NCBI GenBank assembly: GCA_003971905.1 | Contig: RSEE01000018.1 | Span: 62,001 to 126,000 of the forward strand | Source of the DNA: Moniliella sp. 'wahieum' | Taxonomy: Eukaryota | DNA length: 64,000 bases | Direction: 5' to 3' | In this document: positions 23,636 through 35,238 of the stretch, in pieces | Numbering within the stretch: the first letter of the stretch is position 1 | Layout: each line of letters opens with the position of its first letter | Notes under the pieces: model-generated | Told to the model about the DNA's origin: nothing | The model's input: only the letters and a program-made list of their open reading frames with translations | Databases searched by the model: none | Program-made: the position numbers and the translations under genes

Positions 23636-25171
23636 GGGGGGGGGGGTCGTCGGTCAAGGAAGGAACAGGGAGAGGAGCCTAATACATGGTCGAGAGAGGA
23701 GAGGGCGGAGGCAAAGAAGGGGGAGTGGTAATCAATATAGTTCTTGCCCCGCCGGCTGGCCCGAGGCCTGAGGCCTCTCTGAGGGCGTGCGTGTATAGTG
23801 TTGCAATAGCGGAGGGACGCGTGACACGTGACGCGTGACGGCGTGAGGCGCAGCGCTCAGTGCACGATGCCACCGCACGGGGGCAGTGCTGCTGCTGCCC
23901 GTGCCAGCTGCCTGCGATCGAACGACGAGGCGGCACTGCACCACACTGAAAACATCACAGCCATCATCACGGGCCTCACTGCATCATCCAGCCGGATGAC
24001 CTGCTCGACCTGCATAATCGGTCGCAGCAGTGCCTCTCAGCGGCCAGCATAAGCTCCAACGAACAGTCAGAGCCTCTAACAATCTACGATTTGACGCTGT
24101 GGCCGGGTCATATCGCATCGCTTGTCCCGCCCATCCAACCGGCCCGGCTGCGGGCACGCTGTGATGTGGCTGAGACCCTCTTCAAGCTTCAAGCTTCATC
24201 CATTTTAGTTTTCCTTCCAGTGAGATGCATCATCATCAAGCTTGACTTCAAGCTTCAAGTCCTTCTCTGATCACCAATTCGCCTCGCTCTCAGCATTTGA
24301 CCTGCGTGTTCGCCATCCGGAAACCCATCAACGTCATCAACAACATGAGTCACGTGTCAGGGGGGACTAGTCCCTCAGCGCTCAGGTACAGCGCTGAGAA
24401 TTCCGCGCCAACGAGCTCGATGAGCGCGGGCGCTGAGCTGAGGCCAACGTTCTGGTTCACCCAATACTTATACTCATTTCCACAGCCCCACCCTGCCCCC
24501 CCCATTTTGGAGAGTGATGCAGATGGCGGGGGTCTTTTTATCTGCCTTCCTCCTCTGCCCCATCTCCACCGGTATCTCGGACCACCCAACGGTTCTTCTC
24601 CATCCATAATTGCCACCCTTTTGTTCCCATCTCGCCCATCGCCTGCACAGCTCTAGAACCATTACGCCCCCACCATCCGCCTCCTGAGGAAGTAAGTGTC
24701 TTCGTTCATGTCAGAATATCCGGGAAAATGCACTTCTCAGGCCGTCAGGACTCACTTGAGCCTCAGCCTGCGAGGCCTCAGTTGGCGCATTGCTTCGATG
24801 CTGTGGTCTATCAGACCCTATATGTTCTGCCCCATATGTGCTTTTTTTCCCAACATTACCTCCTCTCTTTCACATAACCTCTCTCATCGACCTCATTTCT
24901 GTCATCATACGTAGGAGTCTCAGATCTCAATAGGCATACGACCATGATCGCATGATCCCTCGTGTAGTAACGCTCAGTTTACTAGTCCCAAAAAGCCAAG
25001 GCCCTCCACCCTTCATCCTTTCCGCCACCTGTATGACAAAAAGCAGAAGCCACCTATAATATAGTAGGTACCCGGTTAGTAGAAGTCCCTATATCGTTTT
25101 ACGAACTTTTTCTGTCGGATGCACCACAAAACTGAGCACACTCCGTTTTGTCTTGCTGTTATAAAGCAATG

Positions 25172-25349
25172 CTAAAACCTCCACGCCCCACCCCCCCAAA
25201 ACACCATCGTAACCACCAACATCGTAACCACCGTGATGTTCTCATTGTACACGAGATGGTGCACAGGCTGGTATAAACACATCAAAAATGGCCTGCTGTG
25301 CTGCCATAAGCATAGATAATAGTAGTAACAATGGTGTGGTAGAGTGCAT
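25172..25349 (-). pseudogene. Small secreted Gly/Tyr-rich peptide gene with an in-frame TGA
   Basis: Reads MHSTTPLLLLSMLMAAQQAIFDVFIPACAPSRVQ*EHHGGYDVGGYDGVLGGGAWRF*. Signal-like N-terminus; TATA-like CATATAAGAAT ~115 nt upstream on the same strand. Confidence 0.4.
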
Positions 25350-26023
25350 AATTACAAAAGGGGGTAAGGGATCAAGCGAAGAAGAAGGGCGAAAAAATGT
25401 CAAGGAGGCAGAGCGGGTGAGAACCAAAGGCAGAGGATGGACAGGGTGATGGGTAGGATTCTTATATGACAGCGTGCAAGCAAGTCAGAAGCGGGGCCCG
25501 ATCCGGAGCTGGCTCAGTCTCGACCAGCTGTGTGTGACTACTGTTGTACTAGTAAAAGTGGAGGTCTTCGCGACGCAAATAACGATGACCAGGCGGTCGT
25601 TGATGGTGTTAACGGTTGCAACCATACCATGCGTACGAATGCACCAGATCGATCTGATGGGTGGCCCGCTCACTGCCGCCCACGAGCCGGGGGATATGGT
25701 GTGGAAGCAGATGCCGTATATAAGTATGCCTGTGTGCTTATACCGGCTACAGCGTCCGTGAGCCTGCAGGCCCCAGCACGTGACGTTGTGCTTTTTCGGA
25801 GCCCTTACGTCAGGCAAATGTGGCGCAAATCAGCTGCGCCGCCTCTTTTATCTGTGGGGCTGAGTCTGAGTGCGCGGACAAGCTCGCTCATGAGCATAGT
25901 GGGCTTCCTACGGGTGGGCGCTGGATGGGGGGGGGGGGGCAGGGGCAGGGGCAGGCCATGCGTCCCATCCTTCTTCTCGTTCTCCCTCGCCCACCACGCG
26001 CATTCCCCCTCCCCCCCACCCCC

Positions 26024-28315
26024 ATGGCACCGCCATCTCCCTCGCCAGCAGCGTCGGCGCTGGCGAGCTCCACCCAGGACGCTCGCACTCCGCCTTCGAC
26101 CACGGTCTCCACCCAGCCCCCTCGCCCCCCCCTCTCCCACCCCCCCCCCCCCCCCTCCTCCCCCTCGCGCGGTGCGGAGGAAAACGACCTCCCACCATGC
26201 CCCTTCCTCAGCTCCAGCCACCCCCGCCACACTTCCGCGTACCCAGCTCCGACGCCTCCATGGCGGGTATCCTGCCTGGGACCGTCACTCGTCGACGATC
26301 AAGATGCTTCGCAACGAAGCCAAGGTGCTAGGGGTGATGCGTCCGCGTCCAGCTCCCCCTCAAACCGATACGCAAATTGCCCTTGCGGAAGCATCATTCC
26401 GTCCCGTCTCCATGCTTGCCCCCTCCACGAAGGCCTGCCCTCCCCTTCATATCTGTCTGCTTCCCTCCACGGAGGCACGGCCGGCCAGGAGAGGGGACGC
26501 CGGGCCACAGCGCTCCAACTTGGTACAAAATCTCACCTTGCTTGCCGCGCAGAGTCATTCCGTCCCAAGGTCCACCCTCGTTCTGGCGAGGTATGATGTA
26601 CAACGAGGCCCGGCCCAACCTGGCCAGTGAACCATTGCATGAAGAGTCAGGCGGCTCCGAGGACGAAGGACAGGAGAGCAAGCCGCCTCGCTTTCCGGAG
26701 GAGCTTCTCTCTATCGCTCATACTCGGACGCCCTGCGTCCCCAACAACCGCCCCTTCTTCTCCTTGGCTCCGACTACGGCAGCGGCTTGGCTCCTTTTCA
26801 GGCTCGGCCTATACCGCTGAACCAGAACAAGAGCCCGAATCCACCAGTTACGCTGGCGCTGGGTGGTGCCGGCAGCGGCTAGACTCAATGCAAGCACTTA
26901 TACGGTTCCGGTGGGGTCGAAACCGAATGATTCCAACGCAAGCACCTATGCTGGATCCGGATGGGGTCGACACCGCTGGATTCCAACGCAAGCACCCTAA
27001 TGCTGGATCCGGATGGCTTCGTCAGCGGTTAGGATCAACAACGGGAAGCGAGCGTGGCTACGCAAGGGAAGGGTGGAGTGCACCTCCGCCAGCGCAACGC
27101 CGCCGTGCCATTTCCGAAGTATCTCACCCTCTCCCGCAAACGCCCGGCGGAGGCACGCGCTCCCCAACTAGCTCCTCCGGCTTTGGTCGACACTCGTCAC
27201 GTCAAGCCACCCTCCCCCTCTCAGGGGCGCCGGGGTTTAATCCGTTGCGGCAGGATCGGATGTTTGGCGGCACAGCTGCCATCGGATGGTCTGCAGAGGA
27301 GCTGGCTCGAGCTGGTGAGCGCAAACGCGGGATCCCGTCAAACTGGTCGGCCGCACTTCCGATGAGGATGCTGGTCGAGCAGCTCGTCCCAGCCTGCTGC
27401 CTCGAATGGCGCCGTGAGCCCCTGGCTGGCATCCATCTGCAGTCCACTTCCTGCCCGTCTTCGTTCGGGAGATGAGTGGGAGCTGGTGTACAGCTTAGAA
27501 CAACGGGGTCAGCCTCAAACGCTTTTGCCTCACAGCGCAGTTTTTCAGTCCGTTGAATGACCCTGACCCGTCAGAACGCACCCAAGGACCATTTGCGCTG
27601 CTAGAACAAGATTGGACGCCCGTACCGCAACTACCAAGCCCCCGATTGCCTCCCCCTATCGATCTCCACCTATCCCTACCACCGTCGTCCCTCCACCTCT
27701 AGCTCTTTGCGCAAGTCAAGTGCTCCAGATCCGATCGCCTCGGTGCTTACTGTACTGGCCCAGCCAGCCTCCCCGCGCACCCACCTTTCCCCTTCACCCC
27801 GTCGTCGTCCTCACCACCTCGGTGCGACCCTGAGCCACCGGGATGCCGGCCTCGTCCTGCTGTACGCGACACGGAGAACCACGTGTTTGGTGCGTTCGTA
27901 CATTCCACCTTCGATCCAATCCAAATACTATGGATCGGGATCGAGCTTCCTATGGAAAGTGGCGCCCAAAGCTAAGGCCGAGTCAGACTTGGGTTCTGAT
28001 GAGTCGGAGGAAGAAGAGGAAGATGAGGAAGGCACCCTGTTCGTCTACCCTTGGACGGCCAAAAATGATTTTATCGTCTTGTCCGAAGCCCACTTTCTCA
28101 GTATGGGCTTTGGCGCACCACCGGGCAGCCAAGGCGGGTATGGCCTGTGGCTTGACGAGGAGTTCAAGCGCGGTTCGTCTGCTCGGTGCGCCACGTTTGA
28201 TAACGACGTACTTTGTTCCTCTCGTACCCACTTTGCCCTCCCAGCCAGGCGGGAAAGAGGAGGAGTATTTGAGTGCTTGCAGGTTGAGCTCTGGGCCGTG
28301 GGGCTCACATCTTGA
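26024..28315 (+). CDS. OXR1: TLDc-domain oxidation resistance protein
   Basis: LPARL..WELVYSLEQ.GVSL and YYGSGSSFLWK..VYPWTAKNDFIVLSEAHFLSMGFG..GYGLWLDEEFKRGSSARCATFDNDVLC..FECLQVELWAVG* are TLDc hallmarks. Long low-complexity N-terminus with frameshifts. Confidence 0.88.
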
Positions 28316-28832
28316 TCGAGTACTCCCCCTTGTTCTCGTTCACCCGGTTCGTTTTACTTTCACATACCATCAGCCTCTTCATCATGTCCAGACCTACCTG
28401 CTCTTCTCTCAACTTTGTGTACAGCCAACCCTGCAGCATTTTTCTTGGGCAGTCTCTGGGTCGGGAGAGATAAATACTTTTGATCTTGTCCCCCCTTTAT
28501 ACCGATCTTGGCACTTGGCTTCTTTCCACCACACATGACGGATACCAGGCCCCACGGGTCCCTTTTGTGGCACAAATGCCATCATGTTCTGACACACACT
28601 CTCTGTCACTGGCCAGTGAGCGAAGAACCTACTAGGCCACCCTGGATGCAGCACATCCCCAAAAGGGCCCCGTGGGATCACCCCAGGCCGGTAGGCTTTC
28701 CTCCAACATTGTATATTGTCTTCTTTCTGTTGCTGGACCACCCCTAGCTGTAGCGTCCGATGGTGGCCGACAAGACAGACGGAAGACAGAAGAAGTCATC
28801 ACAGGCACATCTATATGCACCACGCGTCATGT

Positions 28833-28923
28833 GTCACGTCTTATCAAAACCCTAATGCTTTTCCTGTCCCCGTTAAAAAATGCTGCGGCAAGTTGGACAG
28901 TGCAGCCGCGCGATTAACCCTAG
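28833..28923 (+). promoter_or_regulatory. Candidate ribosomal-protein promoter elements: two telo-box/Tbf1-like sites and a partial E-box
   Basis: AAAACCCTAA 28846-28855, TTAACCCTAG 28914-28923 and GTCACGT 28833-28839, all within 170 nt upstream of the RPS3 ATG. Confidence 0.45.
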
Positions 28924-28999
28924 CACTCCCACTACTGCTGCTGCTCTTCCTTGTCTGTCCGCTGGCCATAACGGTCTGTTCCTCACCACCACCAGCAAG

Positions 29000-29811
29000 A
29001 TGCCTAACGTTGTCGGCTCCAAGGCGCGCAAGGTTCGTATTTTCCAGCGCGTTCACCCGTTATGCCTACTAACGTTTCCTCCACCTCTTCCAGTTTGTCG
29101 CAGACGGTGTTTTCGCCGCTGAGCTCAACGAGTTCTTCACCCGTGAGCTGTCGGAGGAGGGCTACTCGGGTTGCGAGATCCGCGTGACCCAGGCCACGAC
29201 CGAGATCATTATCCGTGCTACCCCACCCAGCTTGTGCTCGGTGAGCGTGGCCGCCGCATTCGTGAGCTGACGGCGCTCGTGCAGAAGCGCTTCCGCTTCC
29301 CCGACAACTCGCTCGAGCTGTACGCTGAGAAGATTGAGAACCGTGGCTTGCACGCGACGGCGCAGTGCGAGTCGCTGCGCTTCAAGCTGCTCGGTGGCCT
29401 GGCCGTGCGCCGTGCTGCGTACGGTGTGCTGCGCTACGTCATGGAGTCGGGCGCCAAGGGCTGCGAGGTTATCGTTTCGGCAAGCTGCGTGCCGCCCGTG
29501 CCAAGGCGATGAAGTTCACTGACGGCTTCATGATCCACACGGGCCAGCCGCACAAGGACTACGTTGACATTGCTGTCCGCCACGTGCTGATGAAGCAGGG
29601 TGTGCTCGGTATCAAGGTCAAGATCATGCACGCCTGGGACCCCACCGGCCGTGCGGGCAAGCCTTTCCCTCTGCCTGACGCTGTCACCATCCTCGAGCCC
29701 AAGGCTGAGCGCGAGGTTACCCAGCCCACCTCGGAGTCCTTCCTCACGCCCCCGGCCGCGGCCATTGCCCCCGAGGCTGCCCCTGCTGAGGCGGCGCCCG
29801 TTGAGGCTTAA
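29000..29811 (+). CDS. RPS3: 40S ribosomal protein S3 (uS3)
   Basis: [119 protein letters not shown]. Intron 29033-29093; two 1-nt deletions (~29222, ~29479). Confidence 0.98.
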
Positions 29812-29983
29812 ACTGGGTTGGGATTTCTCAAAAAAGTTCCTTTCGAACGTGTCAGTATTGTGCTGTGTCAAATGCACTTCCTGCCTTGGGCTGCCCAAGC
29901 ACGCCCCCCTCTTTTCTTTTGGTTTTACACAGTATCCATAGGTTGTTAGTTGATAAACTTCAACTAAAGTCTCGTCGCGCGTT

Positions 29984-30548
29984 TTACTGCTGATTGATTT
30001 TGTCCTCCAACCTGCTCTGCCGCGCTTCGGGATCCTCTTCGTCGGAGTACCTTGCCAGGCGTCTGTCAGCACCCCCCTCCGTGACCAAACAAAACAACAG
30101 AAGTAAACAACGTACTGACGGCGCAACCAGCGGTACCGCTTGAGGAAATAAAGTGTCTCGACCTCTTACGGTGTGTCCAATCGGTTCGTCAGTACTGAGC
30201 TCCGACTCAAGTCCTTTCCCCTTTCCTTTTCTGTCTCCACGTACCTTTTCGAATGTGCTCGCCCAGGGCTAGCATCTTTTCAATTTCCTCCGTATTGGTC
30301 AGATGCGCATTCTTCGCCGACACAGCGCGGAGTTTAGCGTGAAGTGGAAGCTTGGATCTGGGTACTCGCGGCCAAGGCGGTGGAGCTGCAGAGAAACGAG
30401 CAGGCCCAACAGGAAGAGCCGAGATCAGCCATCGAATCAAAGAACAGGATCAGCACGGCACCTGGGCCATTGCGCGCACAGTCAAGATGCGCACCTCTTT
30501 GTACAGCCCAATCGCACGTGCGCGCAGCGGGTGGCCGATGGGGGGCAT
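29984..30548 (-). CDS. LYR-motif protein, LYRM5/ETFRF1-like
   Basis: Spliced MPPIGHPLRARAIGLYKE|LHRLGREYPDPS..AKLRAVSAKNAHLTNTEEIEKMLALGEHIRK|EVETLYFLKRYRWLRRQ|YSDEEDPEARQSRLEDKINQQ*; three GT-AG introns. Confidence 0.85.
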
Positions 30549-32459
30549 CCTTAGGTTGGCACCGTCGTTGTTGTGAGTGGGGAATGGTTGTTGGTGGGAT
30601 GCGTTGTTGGAGGGATGCGTCGCCGAGGACTCTCCCGTCTGGGCAACGAGTGGCGGGCTGAGGCGGGGCCGGCAAGGGAGTTTACCTGGAGCCGGTGCTA
30701 GCAAGTTCAATATTCAACGTGCAATCATTCAAATGGTGGAATGCTTTGGGGGCATTCGCTCTGTGCAGGAAAGGCACAGTTGAACTCAAGTCACGTGCCT
30801 CTACATTTTTCTCCCCGCGTTCTACCAGGTCTCTCGGCGAGCGCTACAAACACCATCATACCACCGCCTCAACTCCCCCACCCTAGACCCCAAGGCTTAC
30901 CGGTGGAGGGGTATCACCCGGACATGGATCCACGCGAAAGCACTTCCACATCCTCGTGCTCATCAATCACCGCCAACGTCAATGCTTCCCCCCTCTCTGG
31001 GCTGGGCGGTTGAGCTACGCGTCCAACGTGATTCGGTTCTGGTTCCGCTCTTGAGCGTTTCGCCAGCGGGCACGACACTGCCGTCTACGTCTCGTCCGAC
31101 CTGCGCTATGCTTCCGTAACTGGGCCGATCCATACTCATTGTCTCTTTTGACCTCTGCCGATACTACGGCCTGTGGTAACCTTAGTCGACTCACGTACTC
31201 GTTGTATATCGTCCGTGGTGGGTCGGGCATTATCGCTCAGCATGCCCTATCCGAAACGCTTGCTCTGGGATCGATCCGATCCCCGCCCTAAGACCCGGTT
31301 CGGTTGAGGTCTGAGGTAACCATCACCGCCATCCGGCATTCGAAGGCCGGTCAAATTGATCCAAGCACTGTCTCCCGGCGAAACAGTCTATGCAGATTGC
31401 TTGAAATGATTCTTCCAGACGAGCTGGACCAGGAATTGGCGATACTTGAATTACCCTGCGTTCCCTGAGGATTGGTCCACTCGCGCCGGTTTCGTTCTGT
31501 CTGCCCGAGCAGGATGATATTGACAACGAAACGAGTTCAAGCTTCTGCTCTCAACGGCATAACTGACAACGACGGCTTAGTTTAGTACCCATGCCGCATC
31601 AGCGGAGGTGTTCCTTTTGCCAGTGCAGCCCTTGCCCGGGCGACCGAACGTTACAACTCTGATACTGGTTTATTCATGATTGAGGGGGCTCGGGCCAACG
31701 GGGAACTAACCCGTATGTGCAGGAGGCTGCGGAGTGGTCCCATCTCCATGAGTGCATGTGGGTGTCGCTAGGTGAACCATTGGCTAAGGCCAGCCCGAAG
31801 TGTATCGTATTCCGCTGTCGTCCGTGTTTTGGTTCTGCGCTCCTGGATCTCCATCGTTTGTGCCAGTGGCGTTTGGCCAAGTGGAGGATTTGCGTGTCTG
31901 GCTGCGTTGGCAATGGCAAACTACACGTTACGGGCGCAGCGGATGGAGGGCTCTGAGGAGGGGCTGCACTGCTTTGGCTTGCTTGCCCCGTCGGAATGGC
32001 GGCTTGCCATGTGGTGGTGACGGATGAGGGGAGCCGATGAGCGCGGGTGAGCAACCGCGGTGGGCTGCGCGCTGAGCCGGGGCGCTGAGGATGGGATGAG
32101 TGCCGGACAGTCCAAATGCGATTCCCGCGCTGCTGGGCCGACATGCTGCAGCACAGCAGCGCAGTGCGTTTGCCCCACCGGGGCGCATGTATCCACAGCT
32201 GCACCTTGTCTGGTCCAAACAGCCGCCCCTCCGTCCGCGCCCAAATCCTTCCCACTCGCTCGGCACACCCACTTCCGCCCCTCCATCACCACCGCCACCG
32301 CCACCGCCACCCGGCGTGCCTCTCGTCTTTGCCATCCGCTCCTCTTGCACTCGCGCTCCACAACGCCGCCTCGTTATAATCCACCTCATCTTTGCTCCCG
32401 TGCTGCTTCCCTCGGTCGCTGGCTCTCTGCTGCGCTGTAGCCCCAGCTGCTCCCATTGC

Positions 32460-33759
32460 ATGAACCTATCCCACCCCTACACTCTCCATCCCCACCCCTC
32501 CTTCGTCCCCACTGCCTCTCGCCGCTTTTGGCCCAGCTTCGCTCTATATTCTCTGTAGCGCCCATCACGCTTCTGCCAGATATCCCTCCTCCCCGTATAC
32601 CCCTCTCTTCCCCAAGTATAATCGGACTTGAAAGCCATACCAGCATGTCCGTCGCGCCCATCACCCTTACTGCCCCCCTTCTCCCTCGCATTCAGCGAAC
32701 TCATCCCACTCCCCACTTAATGCAGCCGCCACTCCCCCCTCTCCACCAGCCAAACCCCATCCACCATGCTCAGCTCGCCTCTTTCTCCCCTTCATTCGCC
32801 CCTCGAGGATCCCGTTCCACGGCGCTCGTCGAGGCTTTGCTCCACGACCACAACAGTCTGCCCCAGCAGCCGATTGGCTCCCCCCACTTGCACACTTTCC
32901 TTCCTGCTGTCCTCCAGCTCAGCAGAACATGCTGTCTCGCTTCCTGGAGCAGGCTCCCCAACCAGCTGGATTACCCCCGTCTCACCCACTTCGCATCCGC
33001 TTGTCTGTCCAACAGCCGTACCAGCCCCAGACCACAGCATGCAGCCTACTGCTTTGATGGACCCCTTCTTCTCTCAAACCGAGTTGGGTCTCCTGACCTC
33101 CCAACCCACTGGATCCGTGGAGTGGGTGCATGACCTAGACCAGTATTCCATTCTTCCCTCCTTTTTCAGCCAAGGCGACATAATATCCTCCCTTGCCTAC
33201 TCCCACCGAATGTCCCATCGCTTGCAGCTTTCAAACACCTACCTCGAGTCGGACGCCGCCTCACCTGCCTTGCTCTCTTATCCTCCCTCCAACGTATCTT
33301 CCTTGGTAAAGAGCGAGCATCCGTCGTTTCGCCGTCCACCGTGCGGGTTCCTCTCTCTCAACGCCAACGCAACCCAAAAAACACCGTCGTCTCGCGTCGA
33401 GCCCCCCCCGTCGCTCTTCCCGTCGCTCTTCCCGTCGCTCGTACTACAAGTACTATGCACCTCCCGTTGTGGTGAGCAGCTTGGACAAGCTGCACGTTTG
33501 CTCGTGCGGCCGGCGTTTTGGACGGAAGGAACATCTGCTTCGTCACAATAAGATTCACACGGGGGAAAAGCCCCATGTATGCACCCATCCCGGTTGCACC
33601 AAGACATTTTCCCGCTCCGACAACCTCAAGCAGCATGCTGCCACGCATTTTCGCCAAGACATCCACCCCCCATCCACCTTGGCCCAAGAGGAGCTTTCCA
33701 GTCTCTGCACTCCCCCGGAGGAGCCCCACCTTCCCTCCGATTCTCAGCAGCCGCAATAA
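32460..33759 (+). CDS. Two-finger C2H2 transcription factor (Msn2/Msn4/Seb1-like recognition helices)
   Basis: [52 protein letters not shown] at ~33493-33648. Upstream Pro/Ser-rich ORF fragments; start uncertain. Confidence 0.85.
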
Positions 33760-35238
33760 CCTGCCTCTCTAGTCTGTTGCTTTCTTCGCTCCCACACGCC
33801 CTTATCACCTTTGTGCTCCTATCCTAGCCTTTTTTCTTTTAACCTCGCGGTATTGCCTCCTCCCACCCCAGCTGGATCGCTTTGGAACAAAACATGATTC
33901 ACCTCCTTTTGCCCTGAGTATACACGAAGCACAAAAATATAACTCCACCTTATGCATTTTATTCGCTACCTCCTCCCCCCCCCACTTCACTCCACACACA
34001 CACGTTTCGCTATACGCCGCCACCACAGTACCGTTCCCGCGCTTTTGTTTCTCAGAGCCCTGCCACGTTTCTTTCGCATTGCCACCTTCCTTCGTATTCG
34101 GTTCTGATCCCTTTCCCGCCCCATGCCATCCTTAGTTGTGCTGCGATCCGTGTTCGTCGGTCGTTCCTGATGCACGTCACAGCTCTCTCGATCCACCGTT
34201 CTCTTCGTCTGAAGCGCCCCTTCTCCAGAGACCATAGCCTCCCATGAAGCATCCTTGCCCGTCTTTTCCATTTGCTGCCGTACTTTGTATAGCATCCCAT
34301 AGCCCACAGCCACCCTATACATGCATACGATTAAGTAGGTGGCCTCTTGCGCCCAGCCGGGAATCGGGCCCTAATCGGCAATCGCTCTTGCATATGAATG
34401 GCAGACCCGCTGGCTGCGTAGTATCGGAAATCCGACTAGCATATCTTGTTCTTCCCATCCTCACAAGTCTGGCCCGAGTACCAACCCGGAAAAGGCAAAA
34501 AGCGGGAGAGGTACGACAGAGAAAGGGAGCGCGATTGACTGAGGTGGTGGACGATATGGGCGCGTTAATGCCATTACCGCATAACGAATGGGTCTTGGTC
34601 GCCATGATTATATCCTTGACGCTTACTAGCGCTCTTTTCCTCCAACGGAGTTATGAGAGCTGGAGTTGGTGGCAGCTGCCCTTGCCCCTCCTAACCATCT
34701 TGATCGAATTAAAGTCGAACAGATCAGCGTCCAGCATCGTTCCAAGGCACGGATAGAAAAGTGGTCTAGCGTCGCACAGGCTCTGTCTAGGTCAAGCTAT
34801 CATTTCCACGTCACAATACGTCCTCTACTCTATCATTCGTGCGCAAGCGCGTGCTGCTCTCGCTGCATGGAAGATCGCATTTATCGCAAGGCCACAGCTA
34901 TCTGTATGGGCCATACGGCATTGGAACAGGGGAAAAATCGTACTGGTAGTGGGTGTACACATGCATGCCACAGGCCAGCAGACACTCATCCATACCAAGG
35001 GCCGACCCCCCATCCTGGCAACGTATGTACAACCACAATCAAAAAGACACTAGACTTGCAGCCAGGCAAGTCTAAAGTTCAGGTATCAGGCCAGCTGACA
35101 ACCAAAAACTAACACGGGGAGAGGGGGGGGGTGACTTGCACCGTGGGAACGTGAAGAGAGAGAAGGGGGAGGCGAAGCGGTTACTATCCACTTCACTTCT
35201 CCGTCACAGACGGAGAGTGAGTAGTGAAGGCTGACGCT

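Noticed and set aside
25911..25955. G-quadruplex-forming G-runs upstream of OXR1
   Set aside because: G/C runs are common throughout this window and homopolymer lengths are unreliable here.
30900..31700. Possible gene divergent from the LYR gene (MDPRESTSTSS...)
   Set aside because: All frames close quickly and no family motif was recognised.
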